Positions 17,861 through 27,872 of a stretch of DNA of 60,133 nucleotides are shown piece after piece. The notes below the pieces were generated by a model. It was given only the letters and a program-made list of their open reading frames with translations. It did no database searches and was not told where the DNA came from. The position numbers were made by a program, and so were the translations under genes. Position 1 is the first letter of the stretch. Every line of letters starts with the position of its first letter. The stretch lies in NCBI GenBank assembly GCA_018302105.1, contig JAGWAD010000009.1:1-60133 (forward strand). Reading direction: 5' to 3'. Source of the DNA: Candidatus Woesearchaeota archaeon. Its GTDB lineage: Archaea > Nanobdellota > Nanobdellia > SCGC-AAA011-G17 > GW2011-AR18.

Positions 17861-20821
17861 ATGGTTAAAAAATCAAAGAATGAATCTGGAGAAAATACTA
17901 AACAACCTGAAATTAATATTGGAATTGTTGGTCATGTCGATCACGGTAAATGCATTGCTATAGATGAAAACATTTTAATAAATAATAAACTAATAAAAGG
18001 CAAGGATTTAGCTAATAGGGCAAAGGAAAAAGGAACACTAATTTATTCTGGGTTGGGAGAAGAGGCTTATTCTTTAGATGATTTATATACATATTCATTA
18101 GACTCAAATCTAAAATTTAAAAGGGTTAAGGCTAATGTATTCTTACAAAAATATGATGGATCTTTAAAATATATTAAAACTAAGACAGGCAGAACAATAA
18201 AACTTACTTATTCTCATCCATTGCTAAAGAACCAAAATGGCAATTTAATCTGGAGTAGTAGCTCTAAATTAAAAAAAGGAGATTATATTGCAGTTGCCAG
18301 AAAATTAAATTTGGAATATAAAAATAAAAATTTATTTAATCCCAATTACTTAAATGATTTATCTAAAAATTATTCAATTTTGAATTATAATGATTTTATT
18401 AAACTAAAGAATAAAACAAACAATTTTCAAAATTTCGATGTTTGCGATTATTCTGATTTAAATTTGATAAGAATATTTCTATTTAAAACTAAGAGTGAAT
18501 TTGAAAAATTATGTGGTTTAAAACAATGCCAATTTATTAATTTTAACAAATTTAATGATGCTTTTAAATCTACTATAAAAAATAAGATTATAACTAAGTT
18601 GAAGACTTTAAATATCTCCTTTAATGAAGATTATATTATATTTGATAGAAAAGCTAATAGAGGCAGGCTGCTTGCAAAATTTAAAGATATAAAAATAGAT
18701 GAGAATTTTGTTAAATTTTTATCAATGCTCACTTCTGAAGGTAGTACAAGTGATCCTAGTAAAATTATGTTATCACAAAGTGTTTATTGCCAGCTTAGAG
18801 ATGAAATATTAAATTATTTAACTTCTATTGGTTTAAAATGGAAAACTTATCCAGGTAAGGATTATGAAAAGGATTTTGTTATTGAAAATAAAGCTTTTGT
18901 TGATTATTTGGTTGCAAAATTTGATATAAAGACAGGTACTTCTAAAAATGGTTCTGGAATTCCTTCTTGGGTTCTAGGTCTAAATTTAGAAATGAAAAAA
19001 CTATTTTTAAGTTATTATTTTACTTTTGAAGCAGAAGTTAATCCTAGATCTGGACAGATTAATCTTGTTCAAGTAAATCAAAATAACATTGATATAATTT
19101 CTTATATGCTTAATGAACTTGGTATTTATACAACATTAACTAAAATTAAAAAGTATGCTACAAATACTAAGAATAGGACTATTGGGATATATACCAATCT
19201 TAGCATTTCTGGCAGGTATAATCTTTCTAAATTTATTGAAGAAATTGGAATATTAGATTTGAATAAGAAAGAAAAAATTCTTAATTATATTGATAATCTG
19301 AAAAATAGAAGTTATGATAAAAGAATTGACTTACCTATAAATTTAAAACATTTTGATAATTTAATTAATCTAATAAGAAATCATAAATCTTTAAAAAAAC
19401 TTCAATGGTATACTAATATTAAAGAAATTAGAAAAAAAGAAAAGATTACTTACAGTGCTTTAGATTATTTATTAAATGAAATTAAGGACCTTAATGAGAC
19501 AAATAATGAATCATTTATTTATTTTGATATTTTAGCTAAAGCACCAATATATTTTGATCAAATAACTGAAATAAGCGATGTTCCTTATAATGATTATTTG
19601 ATTGACTTAAATGTTCCTGATTACCATAACTTTTTTGCAGGCTTTGGCGGTGGGATATTATGTCACAATACGACTTTATTAAAATCTTTAAGTGGAAAAT
19701 GGGCAGATACTCATAGTGAAGAAGTAAAAAGAGGCATTACAATTAGATTAGGATATGCAGATGTTATAATTTATGAATGTGAAGAACATGGATTTACCAA
19801 ATTAAATAAATGCTGTGATAAAGCTAAATTTAAAAGGGTTGTAAGCTTTGTAGATGCACCTGGACATGAAACTTTAATGGCAACAATGTTAAGTGGTGCT
19901 GCTATAATGGATGGGGCATTATTATTAGTGTCAGTAAATGAAGAATGTCCGCAACCACAAACAAAAGAACATTTAGTTGCTTTAGAAATAATTGGGATAA
20001 AAAATATAATTATAATACAAAACAAAATTGATTTAGTAACCAAGGAAGAAGCTTTGCAAAATTACAATAAAATAAAAGAATTTGTTAAAGGGACAATAGC
20101 TGAAAAGGCTCCAATAATTCCTGTTTCTGCAATACATAATGTTAATATAAATTATATTATTCAAGCTATAGAAGAGTTTATTCCTACTCCTATCCATGAT
20201 GTAGAAAAAATACCTTTATTACTTATAGCAAGGAGTTTTGATGTTAATAAACCTGGAACTAAAATTTCTAATCTTATTGGCGGCATTCTTGGAGGCTCTT
20301 TAAAACAAGGTCAAATCAAAGTTGGAGATAAAATCGAAATTTCTCCTGGAAGATCATTAACAGAGGGTGGAATTGAAAAGTGGGTGCCTATAGTTACTGA
20401 GGTTGTTGCTTTGAGAACTGGTGGAGAAAATGTTGAAAGTATTGTTCCTGGAGGTTCAATAGCAGTGCAGACTTCTTTAGATCCTGCAATAGTAAAATCA
20501 GATCAATTAGCTGGAAATTTAGCAGGAATTCCTGGAAAATTGCCTAAGATATGGTATGAACTAAAATTAGAACCTAAATTATTAAAAAGAGTAGTAGGCA
20601 CTAAGGAAGATTTAGATGTAAAACCTATTAAAAAAGGAGAACCATTAATGCTTAATGTTAATTCTTCAACTACTGCAGGAATAGTTATTAATCTTGAAAA
20701 AAATAGTTTCAGAATAAAATTAAAAAGGCCGGTATGTGCTGAGGAAAATAGTAAAATTTCTATATCCAGAAGAATTGGAACAAGATGGAGATTGGTTGGC
20801 TGGGCTAATTTGAAAGTTTAA
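17861..20821 (+). CDS. eif2g: Translation initiation factor aIF2 gamma subunit, intein-containing (413 aa after splicing)
   Basis: QPEINIGIVGHVDHGK|TTL, DTHSEEVKRGITIRLGYA, DAPGHE, QNKID and RWRLVGW. Confidence 0.96.
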   Translation: MVKKSKNESGENTKQPEINIGIVGHVDHGKCIAIDENILINNKLIKGKDLANRAKEKGTLIYSGLGEEAYSLDDLYTYSLDSNLKFKRVKANVFLQKYDGSLKYIKTKTGRTIKLTYSHPLLKNQNGNLIWSSSSKLKKGDYIAVARKLNLEYKNKNLFNPNYLNDLSKNYSILNYNDFIKLKNKTNNFQNFDVCDYSDLNLIRIFLFKTKSEFEKLCGLKQCQFINFNKFNDAFKSTIKNKIITKLKTLNISFNEDYIIFDRKANRGRLLAKFKDIKIDENFVKFLSMLTSEGSTSDPSKIMLSQSVYCQLRDEILNYLTSIGLKWKTYPGKDYEKDFVIENKAFVDYLVAKFDIKTGTSKNGSGIPSWVLGLNLEMKKLFLSYYFTFEAEVNPRSGQINLVQVNQNNIDIISYMLNELGIYTTLTKIKKYATNTKNRTIGIYTNLSISGRYNLSKFIEEIGILDLNKKEKILNYIDNLKNRSYDKRIDLPINLKHFDNLINLIRNHKSLKKLQWYTNIKEIRKKEKITYSALDYLLNEIKDLNETNNESFIYFDILAKAPIYFDQITEISDVPYNDYLIDLNVPDYHNFFAGFGGGILCHNTTLLKSLSGKWADTHSEEVKRGITIRLGYADVIIYECEEHGFTKLNKCCDKAKFKRVVSFVDAPGHETLMATMLSGAAIMDGALLLVSVNEECPQPQTKEHLVALEIIGIKNIIIIQNKIDLVTKEEALQNYNKIKEFVKGTIAEKAPIIPVSAIHNVNINYIIQAIEEFIPTPIHDVEKIPLLLIARSFDVNKPGTKISNLIGGILGGSLKQGQIKVGDKIEISPGRSLTEGGIEKWVPIVTEVVALRTGGENVESIVPGGSIAVQTSLDPAIVKSDQLAGNLAGIPGKLPKIWYELKLEPKLLKRVVGTKEDLDVKPIKKGEPLMLNVNSSTTAGIVINLEKNSFRIKLKRPVCAEENSKISISRRIGTRWRLVGWANLKV
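17951..19669 (+). mobile_element. Intein (573 aa) with LAGLIDADG homing endonuclease domain
   Basis: Starts with Cys (CIAIDE); block B TYSHP; ends DLNVPDYHNF..LCHN followed by Thr+1; motifs FLSMLTSEG and FLSYYFTFEA. Confidence 0.95.
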
Positions 20822-20824
20822 TAA

Positions 20825-21532
20825 TTATAATTTTGACAATAATTTAAAATATCCTAGTTCGGATTTGTATAAATTTTTATTTTCTATTCTTATTGCTGAA
20901 TAAGGTTCATCCCATATTATAAATATTGTTATATTATTGTATAATATTATTGTGATGTCTGATATTATTCCTTTCTTTATTTTTTTATGTATGCTATTTT
21001 TTAATTTTTTAACTATTACTCCTTCTTCTATTATTGCTTCTTCTTTAACTTTTGACTGATTTAATTTTATTGTCCCTTGTTCATTAAAATATCCTAATAT
21101 TTTTTCATATTCTTCTTTTATTCCTATTATTTTATAATCTGTTTTTGCCTTGACTAAATCTTTTAATGCAGTTTTTAGGCCTTCTAATCCTTGGAAGATT
21201 TCACATTTCAATTTTTCTTTAGTATTGGGTTTACTTATCTCTTCTAATGAAGGCATTATATTTTCTAATGATTTATATTTATCTTCAAAATAATTTAGTA
21301 ATTCTTTTGGTTTTAATACATTAAAATTTTTAGTATTATTTTTAATAATAAATGAAACTATGCCTTTGGTAATTAACCTTTCTAGAATATCATAAATTGT
21401 TGTTCTATCTATTCCTATGTTTTTTGATATTTGAAGAACTGTTGAGTTTGGATTTTTTATTAGATACAAATAGATTTTTATTTCTTTATCTTCAAATCCT
21501 AAATTCTTTAAAACATAGATTATTTTATCCAT
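20825..21532 (-). CDS. TrmB-family transcriptional regulator
   Basis: LGFEDKEIKIYLYL..IDRTTIYDILERLITKG wHTH, then the FQGLEG effector domain. Confidence 0.9.
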   Translation of the reverse strand: MDKIIYVLKNLGFEDKEIKIYLYLIKNPNSTVLQISKNIGIDRTTIYDILERLITKGIVSFIIKNNTKNFNVLKPKELLNYFEDKYKSLENIMPSLEEISKPNTKEKLKCEIFQGLEGLKTALKDLVKAKTDYKIIGIKEEYEKILGYFNEQGTIKLNQSKVKEEAIIEEGVIVKKLKNSIHKKIKKGIISDITIILYNNITIFIIWDEPYSAIRIENKNLYKSELGYFKLLSKL

Positions 21533-21560
21533 GAAACCTATGAATCTTTATTATATTTAA

Positions 21561-21583
21561 ATGTTGTGGAAAATTTACGACAT
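21561..21583. promoter_or_regulatory. Imperfect palindrome between divergent TATA boxes (candidate TrmB operator)
   Basis: ATGTTGT-N9-ACGACAT. Confidence 0.4.
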
Positions 21584-21624
21584 ATATTTATATTTTTGTA
21601 CCTTTTATTAATTTAGGAGTAAAA

Positions 21625-22143
21625 ATGCATTTAGTAAAAAATTATTTATTTGGAATAGCTTATCCACAAAATTTTTTTGATAAGCAAGTTAGTAAAATAG
21701 AAAGAATTTGTAATATGAGGGATAAAGTTTTAATGTTAGAATTATCTGCGAGTTATGAAGAGAATGTCATAAAGGGAATATTCAAACCAAATTTTGCCTG
21801 CCGATTAGCTGAACGTTACAGGCCAATATGTTCTAAAGTAATTTTGGGAGATCAGGAAATAACAATACCTGAAAATCCTGATTGGATATTAAGTCTTGTG
21901 ATGGGAGAAGATTATTTTTACCCAGATAACAGGCGTGATGAAATAATGAGGCAAACAATAGAAAGAGAAAGGCCAGATATAGTTATTGTAGGTAATGGAC
22001 ATTCAAATAGAATCAAAGAACACTTTTCTGATTTTTATTATACGGTTTTTGAAGAAGATGGTGGATATAGCAGTAGTTTTACAGGACATGCTGGTCCCCA
22101 ATATGAATGGAATAACCCAAATAAAATAATAACATTAAGGTAA
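21625..22143 (+). CDS. Hypothetical protein, possibly a minimal TraB/ChaN/EreA-like fold
   Basis: LMLEL, RDEIM and VIVGNGH resemble TraB-type E, RDxxM and VGxxH motifs. Confidence 0.45.
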   Translation: MHLVKNYLFGIAYPQNFFDKQVSKIERICNMRDKVLMLELSASYEENVIKGIFKPNFACRLAERYRPICSKVILGDQEITIPENPDWILSLVMGEDYFYPDNRRDEIMRQTIERERPDIVIVGNGHSNRIKEHFSDFYYTVFEEDGGYSSSFTGHAGPQYEWNNPNKIITLR

Positions 22144-22213
22144 AAATGAGCCTATTTTTTTATTTGTTTGAAATATACAAATTATGTTCTTATAGAAATA
22201 AACCTCTTAGGAA

Positions 22214-25057
22214 TTATAATTTTTCATTATCTTCATTATGGTAATCTGCAATAAATTCTTTATGTAAATTCTTTTGTTCTTTATTCATTATATGCACTTT
22301 TTTATGTGCAACAAATAAACCTGCAAATAAAGCAACAATTGATAGTATTATTACTGAGATTAAGCTATTATTTTTTATAAAATTTATGCTTTCTTTTATA
22401 TCTTTTATAGGCATTCCCATGAAACTTAAATCAGAAAAGCTTCTTATTGTATTACCTAATAAACTTGTTAATCCTGAGTTTGAATTTTCTTTTTCATCAT
22501 TGCCTGAAGAAGAGACTGATAAACCTGAATCTTCAACTGGGGAATTTGCAGGTGAGTTTATAGGTGTATTTTGGTTTTCTTCAGCTTTATTTTCTTCTTT
22601 TATTTCTGTTGCATCTTCATTTTTTGATGAACCTCCACCAGAAGGACTACTACCAGATGGATCTGGAGGATTTCCAGTATTATCATTTGTAGTTATTATT
22701 GTTGTAAAGTTATATTGTTTTGAAGTATTACAATTATCTGACTGGTCGCAGGTTGTTATGTTAAAAAAATATGTTGAATTTGCAATTAAACTTTCTAATT
22801 TTTTATTGTGTAAAATTGAATATGTTAAATTACTTATTTTTGAAGTTGTTGAAGATGTTAATCCATAATGTACTGTTTCATTTGTTAATTCATTTGTATT
22901 CCATGTTAAAGTTGCTTCTGTACTATTTATTGAACTTACTGTTATTGAACTAATTATTGGGATTGTTGTGTCTGTATCAGAAGTTCTGAAGCTTTGTTGT
23001 GGTGAACTTGCACAATTTCCAAGAATATCACAACTTACTGCATTATAATAATATGTTGTCTGTGCAGTTAATCCGGTTAATATAATCTGATGTGAATTAC
23101 TCCGAGTTGTATTATCAATATTGATTTTCTGGCCATTTTGGCTTATACTATATTGTAATGTTGAATTTGATAATTCATTTGTATTCCAATTTATTGTTGC
23201 ACTATTTGAATTTACTGTTAAATTTGCAAGAGAACTTATTATAGGAGAACTTGTGTCTATAGTTATAGTGTAGTTTTCTGTAGCAAATGAACTAAATCCA
23301 TTTGAATTATATAAACAATTCCACTCATATATCCCATCAGGTAAGTTCATTATATTAAATGTTGTCTGATTATTATATCCTGAAATTTGTTTTGTTTCAT
23401 TTACTATAAATTTATTGTTGAAATTAAAATATATTGCTGAATTTACTAAGTTGCTTAGTTCTGAAGTCTTGGCCTGACATGAAAATGATAATGCTTTTGA
23501 ATTATGTGTTGAATTATTTTCAGGAGATAATAGAGTTACTTCTAATAAATCTGCTTCAAAATTTACTGTTTTAAAATTTAAATTATTATTGGTATCATTT
23601 GCGTAAATTATTATTGAATTATTTATTTTGGACAATTCTATTGTTACATTATTGCAATTCTGCATTGATACATTAATTTCTTCATTGAGATTATAGAAAC
23701 AAGAATCTAAATTATTATCTGAAACTGAATATTCTATTTGCAGTGTCTTATTGTATAAACTGTTTTCTACAGGAGAGATAACTGTAAGATTTGGAATTGT
23801 TTTATCCAGACCATTTAATGCTTTTAATGAGTCTGGTTTTATATAATTGACTCCACTTTCGTTAATTACATTTCCTGTAATCTTTATTAAATTTAATAAT
23901 TCAACAGGATTCATTTCTGAGTTTGTGTTTAACTTGTTATAATCCTGAAGAAGAGAAATTATTCCTGATATATGTGGTGTTGCTGCACTTGTCCCGCTTC
24001 TTGTTGCTGAGCCAGAACCAACATTTGTAGAGGTAATAACTGCACCCGGGGCTACTAAATCTATTAAATTATTCCTATTACTAAAGCAAGCAATTTTATC
24101 TGGATTTGCATTTTCATCATTACATGAACCAGTATATGTTCCTGTGAAATCATAACTTGCTGTAACTGCTGTTACATTTTCAATGCATGCAGGTTCTGAT
24201 ATTCCTGTTGTACTTCCATCATTTCCAGCTGCTGCAACAACAGTTATGTTATTTCTTATTGCTTCATTTACTAAAGTTGTAAATGGGGATTGTGAATCGC
24301 AATAGTTTGAAAATAACTCTGAACTTCCAATGCTTATACTTATTGCTGTTATATTAAACTTAGTTTTATTTTGTATACAATAATCCAATGCAGATGCAAT
24401 TGCTGCACCACTGCATACTCCATCGTCGTTACATACTTTCATGCTTACTAATCTTGTATCCTGGGCTATGCCTTTTATTGTGCCATTTGCAGCAATTATT
24501 CCAGAAACATGTGTTCCATGGCCATTTTGGTCTAGAGGGTTAACATCATTATTATAAAAATCATAACTGCCAATTATTTTTGTACATGCTCCTCCTGATA
24601 ATATTCCTGTATCACAGTATCCAAAATCTTCATGTGCATAATCAATGCCTGTATCTAAAACACAAACTGCATTTGTTGAGCCCGTTATGTTCTTGTTATT
24701 AATTATTATTTTGTTTACTTCCAAAGAATTTATTATTGGTTTTGATTCTTCTAATTCTATATAATATTTTTTATCTAAGAAAATGCCCTTTACGTTCTTA
24801 TTTGTTTCCAAAACATCAATATCTTCTCTTGATAAATTTGCTATGAAACCATTTGAAAATTTTCTTTCAATCTCATCTATTCTTGGTATATCTTGTTTTA
24901 TTCCTACTATATTTTTTTGTGGTGTTTCTTCTAAAATTACAATTGCTTTTACATTGTCTTCTGTGTTTAATGTTGTTTCTAATTCAGGATCTATTGTTAA
25001 TGAAAATACAGAATATGGTAATAATATAAATATTAATAAAAAAATTAGTTTTTTCAT
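22214..25057 (-). CDS. Membrane-anchored subtilisin-like S8 protease with Ig/FN3-like domains
   Basis: Signal peptide; LDTG, HGTHVSG, AAGND and GTSAATP; two WNTNE FN3-like repeats; S/P/G linker; C-terminal TM; ATG 25057 overlaps the upstream stop. Confidence 0.93.
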   Translation of the reverse strand: MKKLIFLLIFILLPYSVFSLTIDPELETTLNTEDNVKAIVILEETPQKNIVGIKQDIPRIDEIERKFSNGFIANLSREDIDVLETNKNVKGIFLDKKYYIELEESKPIINSLEVNKIIINNKNITGSTNAVCVLDTGIDYAHEDFGYCDTGILSGGACTKIIGSYDFYNNDVNPLDQNGHGTHVSGIIAANGTIKGIAQDTRLVSMKVCNDDGVCSGAAIASALDYCIQNKTKFNITAISISIGSSELFSNYCDSQSPFTTLVNEAIRNNITVVAAAGNDGSTTGISEPACIENVTAVTASYDFTGTYTGSCNDENANPDKIACFSNRNNLIDLVAPGAVITSTNVGSGSATRSGTSAATPHISGIISLLQDYNKLNTNSEMNPVELLNLIKITGNVINESGVNYIKPDSLKALNGLDKTIPNLTVISPVENSLYNKTLQIEYSVSDNNLDSCFYNLNEEINVSMQNCNNVTIELSKINNSIIIYANDTNNNLNFKTVNFEADLLEVTLLSPENNSTHNSKALSFSCQAKTSELSNLVNSAIYFNFNNKFIVNETKQISGYNNQTTFNIMNLPDGIYEWNCLYNSNGFSSFATENYTITIDTSSPIISSLANLTVNSNSATINWNTNELSNSTLQYSISQNGQKINIDNTTRSNSHQIILTGLTAQTTYYYNAVSCDILGNCASSPQQSFRTSDTDTTIPIISSITVSSINSTEATLTWNTNELTNETVHYGLTSSTTSKISNLTYSILHNKKLESLIANSTYFFNITTCDQSDNCNTSKQYNFTTIITTNDNTGNPPDPSGSSPSGGGSSKNEDATEIKEENKAEENQNTPINSPANSPVEDSGLSVSSSGNDEKENSNSGLTSLLGNTIRSFSDLSFMGMPIKDIKESINFIKNNSLISVIILSIVALFAGLFVAHKKVHIMNKEQKNLHKEFIADYHNEDNEKL

Positions 25058-25365
25058 TTTGAAGCTCCGCATTTATTGTTAATACATTCACATGATGCAA
25101 TTTCTTCAAAACCACATATTGAAAACTGATCTGAGGATTTACATAATTCTTTTACTAATTCTTTATCTGGATTAAAATTTTTATTTGTACATTGTGGATA
25201 ATAACCACAGCAATTTCCAACATCTTTTTTTTCACAATCTGAATTCTGATTACAAGAATAGTCTATAGTCTTTTGATATTCTTCAATTGTCTTTGGCTGA
25301 TTTAATGAACACGAAGCTAAAGTTAAAACTAATATTATCCCTAATATCCCTCTTTTCATGTACAA
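25054..25365 (-). CDS. Cys-rich putative lipoprotein
   Basis: LASC lipobox-like motif followed by 10 further Cys. Confidence 0.8.
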   Translation of the reverse strand: MYMKRGILGIILVLTLASCSLNQPKTIEEYQKTIDYSCNQNSDCEKKDVGNCCGYYPQCTNKNFNPDKELVKELCKSSDQFSICGFEEIASCECINNKCGASK

Positions 25366-25525
25366 ATTTAACTATATAGTATTATTAAAGTTTTTGGTGG
25401 CTTGTTTATTTTAATTTTTGTAAAATTTTTTGTTTGATATTTTTAAATCATTTAAATTACAGTATAATGTAAATGTCTAAATTGTTTTTATTTAACTTTA
25501 AATAATTTATTTTAAGAAATATTAA

Positions 25526-25698
25526 TGCCCCGAGCGAGATTTTCGTAGCATTTTATGTTGTGAGGATGACAGGATTCTTTGCCGGAATGCCATCCTCTGC
25601 TAATTTGAACTCGCGTCGAAGCCTTACTTTGGATACAAGTCTTCGAAACATGCATCTTCGAAAGGGCTTCATCCTTGACCGGGCTAGACGATCGGGGC
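25526..25698 (-). tRNA. tRNA-Glu(UUC) with two introns (37/38: 25625-25658; 59/60: 25540-25603)
   Basis: Acceptor GCCCCGA/TCGGGGC; anticodon stem AAGCC/GGCTT with TTC; T stem GCGAG/CTCGC; both inserts fold as relaxed BHB. Confidence 0.9.
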
Positions 25699-25746
25699 AT
25701 CTAATGCTTGAAAAAAGGCTTTTGTTTATAAAAGTAACTCTTGTAC

Positions 25747-25843
25747 GATTCTCTTCAAACAACGGCTGATGATGTAGAAAATATTTTTTTAACAAAAATA
25801 TATCGAAGAGCCAGACCATGAAAATAACATCGTAAAAATCTAT
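25747..25843. repeat. 97-bp repeat, family B copy 1
   Basis: Identical by eye to 43293-43389. Confidence 0.9.
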
Positions 25844-25852
25844 CGAAGAATA

Positions 25853-26008
25853 TGGGCCTGACGGGACAATCAACCGCTAATACGAATTTCGTTTAAACGA
25901 TTTTTGAACCCACGACCTTCGGCTAACTTAGCAATCTAACTTTTTTATAATTTTGGAAGCTAGATGGTCATATAAGACCGATGCTCTACCAGGCTAAGCT
26001 ACAGGCCC
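25853..26008 (-). tRNA. tRNA-Ile(UAU) with two introns (37/38: 25925-25970; 59/60: 25867-25902)
   Basis: Acceptor GGGCCTG/CAGGCCC with A73; anticodon stem TCGGT/GCCGA; loop CT-TAT-A; BHB helix CTTA/TAAG; T stem GTGGG/CCCGT. Confidence 0.88.
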
Positions 26009-26119
26009 ATGTGATTTGTGAGAACTGATATATTTTTAAAATTGTTGTTTTGGGTTTCATAAGAAAAGATTAAATATAGTGTGTAAATATCTTATTTTAT
26101 TAAAGGAGAGCTATAAAAA

Positions 26120-27304
26120 ATGTTAATAGGTGTCGTCGGAAAACCATCAACTGGAAAATCAACTTTTTTTAAATCATGTACTTTAGCAGATGTAGAGATA
26201 GCTAACTATCCATTTACAACAATCCACCCTAATCATGCAATTGGATTTGTAAAAATTGACTGTGTTGATAAGGATTTTAATAAGCAATGTAATCCGAGAA
26301 TTGGTTATTGTGTTAATAATAAAAGGTTTGTTGCTGTTGACTTATTGGATGTTGCTGGATTAGTTCCTGGAAGCCATGCTGGTGTTGGTATGGGTAATAA
26401 GTTTTTAGATGATCTAAGGCAGGCAGATGCTTTAATCCATGTGATTGATATCTCTGGAAGCACAAATGAAAAAGGAGAAAGTGTTCCTGCTTTAAGCTAT
26501 GATCCAATAAAAGATGTTGAATTTTTGGAATATGAATTAGATATGTGGTATTTGGGGCTAATAAAAAAAGGATGGGATAAATTTGTAAAACAGCAGGGAG
26601 TTGAGAAAAAAGAATTGAATAAAGCTGTTGCAAAACAATTATCTGGATTGGGTGTTAGTGAGGGTCTAGCGGAAAGTGTATTAAGGAATTATAATGAAAA
26701 TTTAAATTCATGGAATGAGAGAGACTTAATAAAATTTGCAAAACACCTTAGAAGGGAAACTAAGCCAATTATAATTGCTGCAAATAAGATTGATGTAAAG
26801 GGAAGCGAGAAGAATATTGAGAGACTGAAGGAACGATTTGGTGATTATATAATAATTCCCTGCAGTGCTTTTGCTGAACTTGCATTGAGAGAATTTGCCA
26901 AAAATAATTTAATAAAATATATTCCAGGAGAAAATAAGTTTGAAATTACTGGAAATCTGAATGATAAAGAGAAAAAAATTTTGGATTATATAAAAATTGA
27001 AATTCTTGATAAATATGGGGGTACAGGAATTCAAGATGTTTTAAATAAGGCTGTGTTTGATTTATTAAAATATATTGCAATATTTCCTGGAGGACTAAAT
27101 AACTTAGTTGATTCTCAAGGGAGAATACTTCCTGACTGTTTTTTGATGAAAGATGGAAGCACTGCTTTAGATTTTGCATATAAGCTGCATACTGATTTAG
27201 GAGATAGTTTTATTAGGGCAATTGATGTTAAGAAAAAATTAACTGTTGGAAAAGAACATAAGTTAAAACACAGGGATGTAATTGAAATTGTAAGTGGAAA
27301 ATGA
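26120..27304 (+). CDS. ychF: Obg-family YchF-like ATPase/GTPase with TGS domain
   Basis: GKPSTGKST, NYPFTT, DVAGLV, NKID and a C-terminal TGS domain. Confidence 0.92.
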   Translation: MLIGVVGKPSTGKSTFFKSCTLADVEIANYPFTTIHPNHAIGFVKIDCVDKDFNKQCNPRIGYCVNNKRFVAVDLLDVAGLVPGSHAGVGMGNKFLDDLRQADALIHVIDISGSTNEKGESVPALSYDPIKDVEFLEYELDMWYLGLIKKGWDKFVKQQGVEKKELNKAVAKQLSGLGVSEGLAESVLRNYNENLNSWNERDLIKFAKHLRRETKPIIIAANKIDVKGSEKNIERLKERFGDYIIIPCSAFAELALREFAKNNLIKYIPGENKFEITGNLNDKEKKILDYIKIEILDKYGGTGIQDVLNKAVFDLLKYIAIFPGGLNNLVDSQGRILPDCFLMKDGSTALDFAYKLHTDLGDSFIRAIDVKKKLTVGKEHKLKHRDVIEIVSGK

Positions 27305-27504
27305 TTGGAACTAAATCGTAATGCGTAAAGTGACAGGCGAGGACTTGATATATATTTTAAGCAATGATATTTCTTTATATTAAAATTAATAATGTTAGAT
27401 TATGTGAAATTTAAATGATATTATACCTAAAATTGGTTCTGAAGAATATAAAGTACTGTTGAAAAATTTAGAAAGCGATGTCAAAGAATTAAGCAATTAA
27501 TTTT

Positions 27505-27840
27505 CTATTTCTCTTTATATAAAATCCTATTAATCTGTTCTATTCTCAAAAATGCGTTTCCTTCGCCAAGTTCTATATTGCCCATAATTTCTACTTCTTC
27601 TTTAGTTGAAATACTTTCTAAAATTGATCCTATATTTTTGGAAGATTGTAAGAAGCCATTAACATTGATCCCCTCTTTATATAATCTTATACTGTAATTA
27701 TCTGCATTAATTTTATCTGGATCTCTAATATATTCTATTCTTGCCCTAAAAATTAAATTTTCTATATTGAATCCTGATTTAGCATTAATCATTAAAGCAA
27801 TTTCATTTAGTGGCACTCTTGTATAATTTTTGTTATTCAT
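27505..27840 (-). CDS. Hypothetical protein, possibly OB-fold
   Basis: Beta-strand pattern ending EVEIMGNI..LRIEQI. Confidence 0.5.
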   Translation of the reverse strand: MNNKNYTRVPLNEIALMINAKSGFNIENLIFRARIEYIRDPDKINADNYSIRLYKEGINVNGFLQSSKNIGSILESISTKEEVEIMGNIELGEGNAFLRIEQINRILYKEK

Positions 27841-27872
27841 ATTAAAAAAGTTAAACTAAAAAATTTAAAAGC

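Noticed and set aside
25765-25845. Repeat B as a box C/D guide RNA
   Set aside because: TGATGA is present, but there are no properly spaced CTGA D/D' boxes; kept only as an alternative.
25512-25873. ORFs 25512-25700, 25553-25873 and 25560-25769
   Set aside because: They are artefacts of the GC-rich intron-containing tRNA genes and repeat B.
27305-27500. Possible decayed gene fragment after ychF
   Set aside because: Only short broken frames; no family could be assigned with confidence.
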